64,000 bases of DNA. Origin: Chrysomallon squamiferum (Eukaryota > Animalia > Mollusca). Shown in pieces: positions 14,801 to 29,976 of the stretch. Position 1 is the stretch's first letter. Each line of letters starts with the position of its first letter. The DNA lies in assembly GCA_012295275.1 (NCBI GenBank), contig CM022669.1, positions 16,306,001 through 16,370,000 of the forward strand, in the 5' to 3' direction. The translations under genes were made by a program, and so were the position numbers. The notes below the pieces were generated by a model. It made no database searches and was not told the DNA's origin. It saw only the letters and a list, made by a program, of their open reading frames with translations.

Positions 14801-15050
14801 AGTGAAAAAAAAAAATTTGATGAAGAGTGCATACGTCCTTCCGTCAAAGTGGGACAGACAGAGCAGTACGAGTGTCAAGTGAGAGGATTTCGTACATGTT
14901 TTAATTTGACAATTTATTCGTTTCGTTTCCTTCTTCTTGTATATTTGCTCTTTGCTTTGACTTCACCCGTCCGTCTCGTTTCAGTATAATACAAAGATAA
15001 ATCAGTCATTTGAGAGTATTTTATGATTTTGAAGAAGAAGATAATGAATT

Positions 15051-15092
<42 letters not shown>

Positions 15093-16835
15093 TATTACTT
15101 TATCTCGATTGCAGAAAAATGAATTTAACTAATATATTTGTTTCTATGTATACGTGAACAATATTACTTTAGCTACTATTAGAGTTATTATTATTACGAA
15201 TACTAATACCATATCGATTATCTGTCTGTCAGATGATTAACAGTGTTTTAATTTTCATTTAGTCTTTAGTATTATTTTATTTCATTTTATTTTTTTTTAT
15301 TTTATTTTATTTTATTTTATTTTATTTATTTTTTTTTTTTATTTTTTTATTTAAATTTTTTTTTTTTTCTTTAATTTTATTCTCGTTTGTTTTTCCTCTT
15401 CTTTTTTTTCCTCGATATTTTTCTTCACCCCTGGAATCACAGTAGTTAAATTTGCAGTCTTTTCCGACACGACTTGGATTTGGTTGAGCAGAGGGTCAAC
15501 CAGCGTCCTGACCTATTGACCAACAGCAATAGATCTTTCAGCCTGACAAATCATTTGACGCTTATTCTGTCTGGCTACACGATTTCTTTCGTTCCTGAAC
15601 AAGTCAAATCAGGCGCTGGTTCAGACCCACTAGAGACCCACTGCTTGAAAAAGACGAGCTCTGTGTCGACATACGCTGTCTGTTTTACCACGGAGACTGA
15701 AGTAAATGTCTCATATTCACATATTTTCAGCTTCTAACTCCAGGCGAATTTCTCAAGTTTTATTTTCTTTCGTTTTTTTCTTTCTTCTTTTTTTTTCTTT
15801 TCTTTTTACCCCCCTTTACGAGAATATAATTTATATCGAGAGTCCCTTCCATAAGGTTTTTTTTTTTTTTAATTTAGCTCCACTTTTTAGATTAATGAGT
15901 AGCCTATGTGGTCGACGTATGATAATAAAATCTTTGTTATCTGTATGTATATATATATATATATACACACTGAATTGACGATGCTTTCTTTTTCTCGTTT
16001 TTTTTTTATTACTATTTTTTTTAATTAAAAATCGTGAGTAGTTCGATACTTCATTTTATTTCACCGAATCCACTTTAATTTAGAAAAAGTTTACGCGACT
16101 TTTGATCTCTGAAATGCCGGCTGGTTTAATCGTAAGACGAGAGATTGCAAACAGTATTGGTGTTTTTGAATTAGAGTTTCACCCGGAGGCTGTGTCTGTG
16201 AAACTGAAAGCGGACAACATGGCTTTTTGACAACGTAACCGAATTTCGTTTCAAGTTGCGAGACACATGTTAAATGCTGATGAAACAGAATAAAGAAGTA
16301 GGGTTTTTTTTTTTTTTTTCATCATGTTATAGTGTTTTGAAATAATAGCCCGACCAATGTTTCGTTTTTCTCTCAACCAAAATGATGTTGTTCTAGTGTC
16401 TGGAACGTATTTGTGTCTGCCTCTGTACTTTTCCACCAGTCTCGTTACAGTGGATGACAGCCACAAAGGAAAAGTTCTCCGACCAAAATTCGTCGTGATA
16501 AAATCCCCTGTAAATGAAATTGCTGATAAAATTCTGTAATGTGTCTATCTAATAATCTTCTCACCTGATGAGTTCCTAACTCTAGTTATGTTCAGTATGT
16601 CCACCACATCTCTTTAGTAGTAGCTGCAGCTTTCAGTATTGTCTGTGTGGCAAATGTAATTAAAGTTGTGGATATTATTTTAATTCTACTAGTAGTAAAT
16701 CTGATTTGATTTCATAAGGTAGAGACAAGTGGATATCTGCAAAAACTTTGTTTTATATTCATAATAATCATCATCACCATCACTAATATCATTTTTATTG
16801 CTATTATGATTAGTAGTAGTATTGTTATACACAAA

Positions 16836-16881
<46 letters not shown>

Positions 16882-17353
16882 TACATATATTACAGAATAG
16901 GTTTCATTAAAATAAATATTTCTTTCTATTCTCTTCGTACATAATTATTATGTCCCTTCTTACTGTTCTTATTATTAGAACTAATATTAACAACAGTAAA
17001 AAAATAAAAATGTACATCAAAAACGTATTTACCTTCATTCTGTCAGCTCAGATATAGTGAAGAGCTCAAAGTATTATTACTGTTGTTGCTTTTGTCATTC
17101 GACTATTAAGCTGAAAATCTACCTTCTAACCTAAATGTCACTTCATAAATTGACGAGTTAAGGGACCATGTGTTAAGTAAGCCTTTACATTCATTTTTTT
17201 AAGCTCATATTCGTCTGACATAATCTTTACGACACTTTCGTTGTAAAATTTAAATTTTATCTTCTTTTAAAGGTTACTGGCCTTATGCTTTTAGCGCTGA
17301 CGGCATTAGTTAATCTGGTTGACTCCAAAATATTTGTTTCTGTATTTTTTATT

Positions 17354-17403
<50 letters not shown>

Positions 17404-18062
17404 AACACAGTATTGTTTATCGGATGAAACCATTTTTCAGTTAACAGGGATTTGATTAAAGGGAACCTATATGATTACATTTTATATTAATCCATATTAC
17501 TAATTTAGTTCTGCCTCTCGTATCTGCATAATTTGTCTACATAGGTGATTACCACTTTGTCTGTGAATCTGTCATCGAAAATATAACACATAACCCATGA
17601 CTTATTGTGAACAAAATTCATAAACTTTAATTTTGTTACCAAAAAAAAATACGTGATGTATATCTGGGTGTTACGAATTAGATAATTTAAATTAAAAAAA
17701 AAAAAAAAAAATAAAAAATGTTATTACCAGATTGATATTTAGAATTTTAAATCATGCGAGCAAGTAAGAAAACATAAATCCATTTCTGACAAATTTACGA
17801 CAATCCGGCGCATTCCGTGAAACACTAAGCATGCGATTTTCAAAGAGAATTTTTATATTTTGTCTCCAGAGAGAGAAAAATAAAAAGACCGGTAATTCTA
17901 TTGCCGACACTGTGGCGCAGTGAATATTACTGACAGAGCTGATACAGTTTTTTAAAAATGATTTTTTTTAATTATTATTCTCAAGAGAGTGTCCCTCTTA
18001 AAAACAAAAGTGCACACTGGCTATGGTGTATGTAATTTATTCTAAAGACATCGGTAATGATG

Positions 18063-18109
<47 letters not shown>

Positions 18110-18410
18110 TATAATTATAATTATAATTATAATAACAATAACAATAACAATAACAACAGTATTAATAATAATAATATAATAATAATAATAATAACAATAA
18201 CAACAACAACAGTAGTAATAATAATAATAATAATATTAATATTAACAACAACAATAACAATAATAACAGTAATACTAATAATAACAACAACAATAATAGC
18301 AATAACTATAATAAAAATAGCAATAATAATAGCAGAAACAGCAACAACAACAACAACAATAACAACAACAATAATAATAGCAATAACAACAACATAACAA
18401 CAATAATAAA
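18063..18410. repeat. (AAT)n/(AAC)n microsatellite
   Basis: Direct reading. Confidence 0.95.
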
Positions 18411-18518
18411 GCCACTGAGCATTCTGTGCACATTATTGTGCATCGGACTTGACATCATGCTTTCATCAATCGAGATCGAGTTCTGTTCTTATTAGAGATC
18501 TGTGTGTGTGTACACGCA

Positions 18519-18561
<43 letters not shown>

Positions 18562-19632
18562 ACACACTATAATAAAGAGATTTTGTTTCCGAATTAAACT
18601 ATAAAATAACGAGACCTGGCTCGACAAAAACAAAAAACAATATATATATATACTGACAACTTTGATAAAACATGCTAAAATATCTTTAAAAAGAAATTAG
18701 AGTAAAAAGCAACCAGAACAAAAAATATAAATCATGTTTTATGTTTTGTTTGACATTTTCATTGTCTATTTATCATCAATGTTCCCAAAGATGATTATTT
18801 CTTATTCCATTAAATGATTAATAATTATTATATATAGATTTTAATTTCATCTTTAACGAATAACCAGAATGTACTTTCTTATGTTTTCATATTTTGTTTA
18901 ATATTTTATTGTTTTGTTGTTGTGTTTGGTGTTGTTGTGTTGTTGTTTTTTTTTGTTTTTTGTTGTTGTTGTTGTTTTTTCTTAATTTACGTTTGTTTTC
19001 TTTAATAAATTCATAATTTATCTTATGCAGTATTGTATAAATGAACATTCCCTTTACTGATATATTGAAAATATTTGCTTAAATATGTTTTTGATATATT
19101 TATATTGGAAGATTTTTTGTTTGTTTGTTTGTTTGTTTGTTTTGTTTTGATTGTTTTATAATCAAACAACGTACTGAAGATAAAAGGTTTAATAATGATG
19201 ACGGTGATCATGACGACGACGACGACAACAACAACAACAACAACAACAACAATAATAATAATAATAATGATGTGATGATAACGATGACAATGATAATGAT
19301 GATAAGATTAATATACCTATTAAAAAAAAACAATAATAAAAATAAATAAAACAAAATGAAATAAAAAGATAAGTTAAAAAAAAAAGCCTGTTTTATTTTA
19401 TATCGTAACATGTTTGACGCCAGAGTTTAATGAGTCATAGATTAAAATACAATTAGAAAAGTTTCCGTTCTAGTAATGTGATTTTGATTGAATTTTAATT
19501 ACCTCAACGGGATATCCACTTTTATTTTTTCAAATCTTTATTTTTTTTTTATAAAGTTTACAGACATCATTATCTCTTGCATCCGTTTGTTTTATCAAAA
19601 AATATTATTTGCATAAATTGCAAGGATTTAGA

Positions 19633-19713
<81 letters not shown>

Positions 19714-19982
19714 GTGGTATGAAGAAAAAGCAAAGAAATTAAAAAAGGAAGAAATGATACAATGAAAGAAAAACGACATAAGAAGAAGAAAAAACAAATA
19801 AAGCACAGAACGAAAAGAAAAACAAAGAAAGAACACAGAGCATATGTATTATATATAAGGTGAATATGTTAATTTAATTTAACAAGAAAACAATAATTAC
19901 CTTTAATCTCTTGGGTCATATCATTCGCAGAAAAATTGTTAAAAAAATAATATCTATCATACAGGTAATAGATTGTTTGTTT

Positions 19983-20027
<45 letters not shown>

Positions 20028-20462
20028 TCTTTTTATTTTTTTTTTCTCGTTTTTTTTCTGGTCTTTCGGGAAATTTCAATCCGTATGCGTAATGTAATCC
20101 AACAAAACATTGTCCTTTCAGCCTCTTAAAAGAATAATGAAGTAAAAATTAAATAAATAAAAACTAGGTAGTTTACTTTGCGCTTGAAATTCTAAGACAA
20201 AGAACAGAACAACAACGACGTTACTAAAGAAGCCAAAAGCTTTTACATTTAAAAACAATTTTAAAATTTAAAAACTCAAAAGAAAATATTAATAATAAAA
20301 AAAAAAAGGAAAAAAATCAGTAATAGAGAGAAATATGTTTGTATAAAAGAATACCCACTTGATGGTATTCGAGTATAGTATTATTGTGATTTCATCATTT
20401 CATTGTAACGGCGTCAGCTTAATTCCTGTATCACTGCCCGTAAGTCATATTTTTGTTATTGA

Positions 20463-20493
<31 letters not shown>

Positions 20494-20809
20494 ATTGTTC
20501 TTGTTGTTGCTAATGATGTTTCTGTTTCATTCTCTTTTTTTACTTTTTTATTTCTTTTTTTATTTATTATTTCTTTTTAATATTTTAAAATTTTTATTTT
20601 TATTTTTATTTCTTTTTTTTTTATTATTGTTTTATTATTATTATTATCATTAAATTACTTTACATTCTGTTAAATACGTATGCCTTAATCTCTCGGCCTG
20701 GCAATTTCAACTTATTTATTTATTTATCGTTCGTTCTGAGTCTAAGCTGAAACCATTGAACTGTAGATCGCCTGAAACCCGTATTCCAATAACAGATTAA
20801 AAAAAATTC

Positions 20810-20853
<44 letters not shown>

Positions 20854-21367
20854 CACACACACGTCTATATCATCATTAATTATTCTAGCGCATGTCATCT
20901 GAAAAACAGAGTGGCACCAGGGGAATAATGATGAAAACCACTCGGTTGTTGATTTATTACGTAATAACAATAATATCACACATCTTGCACAGATATGGAG
21001 ATATTTCAAGGGCCAGTAAACATGAAAAAACGACAGAGCAATCTCTTGGCGCCAGCACTGAACACGCTGAAACGAAGACGAAAATGGTTTCTGGTTTCCT
21101 GTTAATGGATGTTGCCGTGAACTTCGGAAGTTTTGCATTTAAAAAGGAATAAAAATTTGGGACAAAGTGAAAAAGGAGAAAAGAAAATCGAGTGAGACAG
21201 ATTAAATAGGATCGTGCTTGGACTGACAAGATGTAGATTAGCGTAACATAGCCGGTCATTCAGACATACAGACATACAGATAGATATACACACACCCACA
21301 CACGCACACGAACATACACAGCAACATATACACACAGACAAACACACACACACACAAAATACATTAC

Positions 21368-21439
<72 letters not shown>

Positions 21440-22295
21440 ACACACACACGAACATTCATATACGTATGCGTGTAAAGTTACATTACAGATATGCATAGAT
21501 ATGTACATTATATAGAGACAGGGAGAGACACAATTAGAAATATATAAAAGGGTATTAAAGAAACCATTAGAAGACAAATTAATGTAATCTTGATGAATTT
21601 GTTATAATATCAGTAAGGGAAAATAACGAAAAAGAAAGAAATCTTCCTGACGCTTTATTATAACTTCAGCGATCTTCAAGAACACACAGCATTATTATTA
21701 ACGTGATCTATATATTGCGAGGTCTTGGTTTTCACCATTATGCGATTAATATAAAACACACATGCTTTTCAGTGTTCTGATGCAAATTAATATCATTAGT
21801 GAACATTAACAATGGATATCGATTCCAATGCGTGAACACTAAACAAAAACAGCTCTGGAGTATCGTGACATTAACGTACTGATCGCGAAATTATTGACGA
21901 GTGGTAGGAATGAGGAAAACAGCTCCAAAGTCCCCTTCCAGACTCACACACACAGACACACACACACACAAAGAACTGAGAACAATTACTGATGGTGTCA
22001 TAGCTGTGGTATTGTTGCTGTGGTGATGATGCTCGCAAATTTTGTTTTATTTTTTTTTTTTTCACGGTGAGATGAGGACAGTTTGATGCTGATTATTGAT
22101 CACGATGATGTTATTGATAATGATCACACTGGCGATAGTTATGGATACAGTGATCGGATGAGCGATCAAACAGTCAGTGGCTCACATAAAGCAACTGATC
22201 AGTAAATGTTTTACTTCAGCCGTGTTTTTTCTAATTAATGCATGTGTTGATGACGCTAAAACTGAGTTAAAGACTGACTGACATGGATAGTAGAT

Positions 22296-22396
<101 letters not shown>

Positions 22397-22401
22397 CGAG
22401 A

Positions 22402-22488
22402 GAATAAAGAAAACATAAAGAAAGATATGAAAATAAGAGATATAAATGTTTCCTTTTAAACGGAGGAGTGTTTATCATTTACACCTAT
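22402..22488 (+). repeat. Dispersed 87-bp repeat, copy 2 (copy 1 at 8727-8813)
   Basis: Same orientation, ~94% identical to 8727-8813, directly after (GA)n 22298-22392. Confidence 0.9.
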
Positions 22489-23046
22489 TAACTATAGTAA
22501 AGTTATTTGGACAAAACGCAAAACGTAAGGGTCTAGCATTGAGGGACAGGCGGAGAAGGAAATGGGAACAGAAAGGAAATTTGACCGCGAGATACAAATT
22601 AGAGGCGGTGATTTTTATTTGAAACTGCATTTCAGTAAGAGCGCTGTAATTACACGCGTGACCAGACACGCTGAAATAATCGGTGCGACGTAACAGTACA
22701 ACAGGTTTTCCTCAAGGAAGAGTATTCGCTTTATATCACACAAAGGAGGTTCGAGACATAAAACTGCATTACTGGTTCCTGAAAACGATTCCTTCTAAAT
22801 GGATTTTGTAATAAAATTAATGAAACAGAAGTAAAAGGAAAAAGGTATGTGCTCCAACCACTGCATTAATGAAATTAAGAAAACTCTAGGGCGTTGTTTC
22901 GGAATGAACAGAAATAAGCTAGAGATTTCTTTGTATGGATTTTTTATTTTATTTTTTTTTTTTTATTGTTAATCCAATATCTGCTAAAATAAGTAAAAGG
23001 TCAGATTTGAGGTACTTGGGCTAAATTGATTATGCTGTAATGGATA

Positions 23047-23047
<1 letters not shown>

Positions 23048-23077
<30 letters not shown>

Positions 23078-23350
23078 TCGATGATGACCAAGATGATAAC
23101 TATGATGATGTTAATGATGATTGTTGATGTTGATCTTGGTGGTTTCTGTGATAATACTGATGATGACGACGTCATTGTCGATTATCATGTTGATCCTGAT
23201 GATGTCTGTGGTGATGGCGATGATGACGACGTTAATGTTGATTATGATGTTGATCCTGATGATGTCTATGACGCTGGTGATGGTAATGATGATGTTAATG
23301 TTGATGATGATGATGATAATGTCGATTTTGATAATTTCTTTGATGATGAT
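23048..23350 (+). repeat. (GAT)n-derived repeat with a 60-bp higher-order unit (Asp-rich reading frame)
   Basis: 23161-23220 and 23221-23280 align as a 60-bp tandem unit (TGATGACGACGTyAwTGTyGATTATsATGTTGATCCTGATGATGTCT...). Confidence 0.85.
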
Positions 23351-24050
23351 GGTTTCCTCTCATTTCTATCGGTGTCTCCTCTTTGATTATTTGAGAACAT
23401 GCTATATGACTACCTGCCCATGGGAAGGTGTATATCAGTGACTGCTTCTTGCTAATGGACAGCAGTAACACACTAAGTGACGACAGCGTTCTTACTCTAT
23501 ACTAGCAATATTACAAAAATACATTACAAATATACTGTTAATATCAAAAAATGAAAAGATGTCTCCCTAAACCTTTTAAACCAGTTATTTATCAGTTAAC
23601 TCATTTTCTCTGCACAAACAAATCAACCGTATTATAAAGAATAAGAATCAAATAAACAACACTTGACAGCTCTTGAAAGATAACTTCGCCAGTTTTCGTT
23701 TATTTCTCTACTCAAGGATCACGTCAACCGTTCAAATATTAGTTTTCGTATCAAGGGCACGGCAATCTTGTCCTGTCATATCTCTTACTGGAGTTTCTAA
23801 GCAACGTTTGGTTATCAGTTATTCGTACTGTGAGTCATACGTCTTACGTGCTTTTGTTTCTGTTTAATTTCCGTCAAGAAACATTGGCATCTTATTTTAA
23901 TTTTTCATTTTCTTTTTTTTTCTTTATATAAATTGAAAATGCTACCATTGTAGTTATGTCTGTTAATGTTAATATTACTTTTGTTATTTTTAATATTTAT
24001 CATCAAATTCTTCCGCCTCCTTCTCCTACTCCTCCTCATCATAATTATTA

Positions 24051-24101
<51 letters not shown>

Positions 24102-24186
24102 TAAATAACATATGATCTTTTTAAAACATCATCTAACACGAATTGGAACATAGACAGGCTACGAAAAAAAAAAAGTGTTTCAGTGA

Positions 24187-24417
24187 TGACGTCACAAGCT
24201 CTTGAATAACTAGATTCAGTGAATGCTCAGACATTTAAAAAACGTCGGCCATTGTGGCCTGGACGCAACCGGAAACAGACCCGGAAATTACGTAGCTGCT
24301 ACAAAGGGTAAATGGATTTGGTTTTAGTGCCATTGTAATGTATTTCCGGCAAGGTAACAACAGTTTTGTTGTCCGCAAAAAGAAAATAGAAAATTAATAT
24401 TGTCTTGAATTACGTCA
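24187..24417. promoter_or_regulatory. Promoter/enhancer-like motif cluster (CRE + ETS + bZIP)
   Basis: TGACGTCA 24187-24194, CCGGAA 24269 and 24281, TTCCGG 24344, TTACGTCA 24410-24417, in a locally GC/CpG-richer patch. Confidence 0.35.
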
Positions 24418-26032
24418 CATCGTCAACTTTTTATTCTGATCCTTACAACACGGGCGCTGAGCAAAATAAGAAATAAAAAAATAAAAAGTCAGAAAATAAA
24501 AAAGAGTAAAAATGTTTAAAATCTTAAACATTCTGTCTGTTAATAATTATATACTTTATATACTTGATAATTTTAGCCTGGTTTTTAATTAATAGTATAA
24601 TCATACGATCGTATTTGATTGTTTTGGGGAATATTTTTAAAAACTTATTTATTTGTTTATTTATTTATTTATTTGTTTGTTTGTTTTGTTTGTTTACTTA
24701 CTTATTTTAACTTTTTTGCATTTTTTGCATTATTTGTACATTATTTATAGCATTTTATCTGTTTATTTAATTATTGCAATTGTAGTTTTTATTATTTTTA
24801 TTATTATTATCATCTGTCTTTTTTATTACTATTTGCTGCTCTTGTAATTGTGGTAGTAGTTTTGACTGTTCTAATCGCTAACATAATAATAATAATAATA
24901 ATAATAATAGCAATAGCAATAGCAATAGCAATAATAATAATAATAATAATAATAGAAACCGTGAAATTGTTCAAAGAGATAGCAAGTGCATAACCTTTCA
25001 GAACGGAAAAAGAAAATAAAGAGATTATTATATTTGTCATAACGCCAGAGGGAACGGCCATATTAATTAGAGATTACTTAAAGCAGAAAGACAAAATAGA
25101 TCCATTTTCTAAATTAGGTGAAACTACGGCATCTTCGGGCTGAACTATTTATGATTTAAGTACCTTATTCTCAAGCCATTAAAGCTCTGTGTATATGTGG
25201 TATGTATGTACGTACGTGTGTATGTTGTGTGAATATGTATGTATGTATATATATGATATATATGTGTGTGTGTGTGTATGTGTGTGTGTCTGTGTGTCTG
25301 TATATATATTTGTGTTTATAGGTAGGTAGGTATGTATTACGTACTTACATAGATATATAAATATAAGTACATCCACACATGCAGTTAACCAGTAAGATGA
25401 CAGATAGACAAGCAGACAGACATGCAAATCTGTTTATGCATATACGCTCACATATATACACACATATACATAAATATATACATGCGTTCGTGCACATTCA
25501 TGTATATATATATTAAACCAGTTTATATATTAAACCAGTTTACGTATATAATTATTTGCACCAAAGTCTTCTGTAATTGAAAAAAAAAAAAGATTTTCTT
25601 TCACGACCGTTCTAAAACGTTTAATGTCTGAAAAAGTACCTAAATTAAGTTGCAGTTTAACTCACCACATCTCAAGTTGCTCCTCAACACATTCATCAGA
25701 GAAGGACGTTTTTTTTTTTTTTTTTCAATTAAACTATCATGTTTTTTCCACGTCGCTTTCATTAACTGCTACATGAATTTGACCTTTTATTGACGTCTTC
25801 TGTAGAATCATTCAGTCATTCGATCTCTCGGCAGTATGTTAAATTCAAAACCAGGCACTTTTTTTTTTTTTTAAAAGCTATGCCGTCTTGTTGCACTCGA
25901 GTTTCAGCCTGGCTTAGTTTACCAAAACCAGCTGAGTGTGATAGATTGAATGCGTGTCGTTTCTAATACAGCTGGATGCACTGAATGTAATCGGAGCCAA
26001 ATTAAAAAAGGTAGCTGAGAGAAATAGAGAGG

Positions 26033-26063
<31 letters not shown>

Positions 26064-26165
26064 GAGAGAGTGCAAAATTAACAGAATATCGAACACAGGT
26101 TTCAGAAATAAGTGCGTTATAGCAGACGTCTGATTTAAACAAGAACATTCACTTTTTTCATCTAT

Positions 26166-26206
<41 letters not shown>

Positions 26207-26389
26207 CTATTTTTTATGTCTAATATAAATTTATTCGAGTGTTGAATATAAAACATTTTTCAGAGGTTATTTTGGTGCAAAATGCAAGGAGGACTACCAG
26301 AAGGCAGAAAAAGTATTTCAAAGTTTTTAATTTAATTTTTATTACAATAAAAAAAAAAAGTATTAAAAAATATTTACTTATATTGCCAC

Positions 26390-26437
26390 TACTACTCCTG
26401 CCTATTATTAATATTATTACCTCTACTAGTATTGCTA

Positions 26438-26468
<31 letters not shown>

Positions 26469-26745
26469 GTTACTACCATTACTGTTACTACTACTACTAC
26501 TCTACTGCTACTACTACTACTACTACTATTACTATCACTACTATTGCTATTACCACTGTTACTGCCACTACTACTGTTGTTACTACTACTACTATTACTA
26601 CCATTACTATTACTACTACTTATATTATTACTACTACAAGTACTACCATCACTACTACTACAACTACAACTATTGCTACAACTGTTATTATTACTCCTAC
26701 TACTGCTAAAACTACTACTATTATTACTGCTATATCTGCTACTAT
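26390..26745. repeat. (ACT)n degenerate microsatellite
   Basis: ACT/ATT runs; source of the poly-Tyr/Thr/Leu ORFs. Confidence 0.95.
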
Positions 26746-26804
26746 CAATACTTTAAAATGGAATTTGAAATGCATTTATTTTTCCCTTTATTATTTACCA
26801 TAAA

Positions 26805-27030
26805 CGGTAATGGCACAACGGTTGAGTTTTGGCCTCGGACTTAAAAGCATGATCGATCCTTTCTGCTGGTCTGTTTTGAGGAATATGCTTTCCTGTATCT
26901 TCGGAAGGTGGATTATTAAATATCCTTAGCTTTCAGCCGACAAGAGAACCCACAGCGGGTTTCCTTTCTCACAGGCATCATAAAAACATACATAAATTTA
27001 AGTTCCGCTGTCGACATGTCAATAATTAAA
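26805..27030 (+). mobile_element. Degenerate tRNA-derived SINE remnant
   Basis: A-box-like start (GTAATGGCACAACGGT), GATCGATCC B-box-like remnant and ACAGCGGGTTTCCTTTCTC. These resemble the central core of mollusc Meta-type SINEs (from recall, not searched). Confidence 0.5.
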
Positions 27031-27997
27031 TTTATGTTGATTCATTTCGTTTGTCAAGAGACGCTTTTGCTTGCTTGTTACAAATTAGTATGTTAATCTT
27101 AAAATCAAATTAACGTGGTGCAACAAATAAAATCTCGTAAAAATTCAGATTCTGAAATCTCTATACGATCCACCAAATACTCCAAATCGTAAATATTTCA
27201 TCTCTTTTTTCAAACCAATGACGGGGTTGTTTCACCCGTTACGCTGAAGAGATTCTGTTTAAGTAAATTTGTTAGACTGGTCACTTTTAACTGGTTAATA
27301 TTTATCAAATGATAATTCGCTTCAGTAATTTAATACGTAAATATGTACAGATCGATGCGGTCTTTGATTTACATCAATATACATATAATGTAAAGAAAAA
27401 TAACTTAGGAAACTGCAATTCTAGCTGAAAAAAAAAAAAATATATATATATATAAAAAAAAAAAAAAGATTATTAATATCAGATGTTCGTATGATGATGC
27501 TACTTTTCCGCGTCAATCATTATAAAGCTGTGACATAGATTTAATAATAAAACAATACATCATACCCTAAGAGATAATTATTATATTCCATGGTTTTATG
27601 ATACAGATCGTGTGTCAAAACTAAACGCAAAGGTAGTTTATCACGGACGAAATTGCCATAGAATTTAATGACATTCATTTCACGTTAGTTATGTTATCTG
27701 TTCATTGCTCATAAATCGTTTTGCTATACATTTTATACTAATTTATTGTCGATTTTGTTGATGGTGATCTTGACATAGGCTTTTCTGGGATGGGGTTGTT
27801 TGATTCGTGGCTTGTTCTGAGGGAATTAGGCATGAAATTGTCAATTTTTCAAAAAATAAATTGCAAAATATATTCATATTTTTTATTTTTTTTTTTTTTT
27901 TTGTTGTTGTTGTATCTAGTTTTTTTTTTCTCTCTTTCTTTTCTCTTCTTTTCGTTATTATTATTATTTTTATTATTATTACTATTACTACTATTAG

Positions 27998-28070
<73 letters not shown>

Positions 28071-28594
28071 AATGTTATGACATTTATTCTTCTTCTTTAT
28101 TAATACATATATGTTTGGGGATTTTTTTTTTTTTTTTATTTTTTGTTTTGTTTTTTTTTTTCTTTTCTTTTCTTTCCTATTTATTTAATTTTCTTATTAT
28201 TATTATTACTAATGTTTGGGGGTTTTTGGGGGGGCTTACGTTTTTTTTATGTCAGCGTTAAGTCGTTCTTCCTTTTCAACTAGAATCCTCTACTGTTCCC
28301 ACGGTTACCCCTAGCAGTTTGATTCGTGTTATCTGTAACAGCTCTCAAAACGTTTCAGTTTGTCATAACCATATGCCGCGACAAATAAATAAAAATAAAG
28401 CCTTATCTACGAATTATTAAGGGACTCAAGAACTGATTCACTTGTTAGCGACATCTCTGAATCTAAGAAGACAAATTCCGTGACTGCTATGAAATAAATA
28501 AAAAGAAAGAAATTGAGACTGTTGTTTAAAAACAAGACAGCTATTAAAGGAACGTAAAATAACGCAACACACTTTTGATTATACTGCAGTTATT

Positions 28595-29250
28595 GCCATC
28601 ACTATTACTATTACTATATGTATTATTACTTTTACTTCTACTGCAACCAGTACTGTCTGCTACTACTGTTACTACTGCCAACTACCACTACTAGTACGAC
28701 CACTACCATTACTGCAAATATTACTGATATTAACTCCGTTACTATTGTTGCTATTATACTTCTACTACTACTATAACTGATACCACTACAAATACCACTG
28801 TTTCTACTACTGCTACTACTGTTTTCACTACTATTAATGCTACTGTCATACTACTTTTATTACAATCACAACTACTACTATTCTAGAATTTCTACTAATT
28901 TTACAACTACTACTATCAATACTTTCACTATTCCTGCTACTGTTCTACAATTCGTGCTACTAATACTATTCCTACTACTACCACTATTACTACTACAGCT
29001 AATACCACTACAACAACAACTACCATTCTATTATTACGTCTACAACTACCATGAATACTATTACTATTACTACAGTTATTACAACCATTACCGTCACAAC
29101 TATTACGTCTACTGCAACAACTATCAAAGTTATTACTACTTCTACTACTGCTACTGCTACTACTACTACTTCTTGTATTATTACTGCTGCTGCTACTGCC
29201 ATTTCAACAGCCGTTGTGGTAATAGTAACAATACTAGCAGTAACAGCATC
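28595..29250. repeat. Degenerate (ACT)n low-complexity tract
   Basis: Direct reading. Confidence 0.9.
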
Positions 29251-29931
29251 TAAATTATAAATTACATTTTTTTCCTTCCATGTCTTCCTTTTTTCTTTTA
29301 GCATCATTTAGTTTATATACTTATATATATATATATATATATATCAGTGCGTTTGCAACATAATTTATTCATAATTATTAATAAAATTGATTTTTCTTAG
29401 TGTAGGGTTATCTATTGTGATTAAAGTGAAATTTGCTGGAAGAAATGTAACGTAATATTTAGCCTCTTTCCCTGAGTATTTTTCTTAACGATCGCAATTA
29501 CCATTTGTTAAATATCATCTTTCAAATAACTTCTTAGTACAAATATCTGCAAAAACAAAAACATGCTTTATTACAGATGTAGAAAACATGCAAGCGTACA
29601 TATATTCAGAGACACAGACAGACACACACACACATACACACATACACACACATACAGACAGACAGAGAAACAAAGACACACATACACACACATATATATC
29701 TGTCTGCCTGTGTATATGTATATATGTATACATACATATATACACACAAATAATGTGGATAGATGGATAACTTTATTTTCTATGAGACATATAAATATAT
29801 TTTTTATATCTAAAATCCAAATATATAAAATTCTCATAAAACGATGAAAACTGAATCAGCCAACGTTCTTTCTAAAATTCAATAGGAATTTTTTACTTCT
29901 TTCCTTTTATTCTTCTTCTTTATTTATTTTC

Positions 29932-29976
<45 letters not shown>

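Noticed and set aside
16380-17040. Minus-strand ATG AAG|GTAAAT and following exon-like segments
   Set aside because: Every spliced combination tried hits an early stop or gives no recognisable protein.
20851-21259. Three overlapping 86-100 aa ORFs on both strands
   Set aside because: No recognisable motif and no consistent splice boundaries; cannot choose a coding frame.
26239-26803. Overlapping poly-Tyr/Thr/Leu ORFs (likewise 28837-29307, 36027-36490, 39828-40490)
   Set aside because: Open in several frames because (ACT)n lacks stops on that strand; repeat artefacts.
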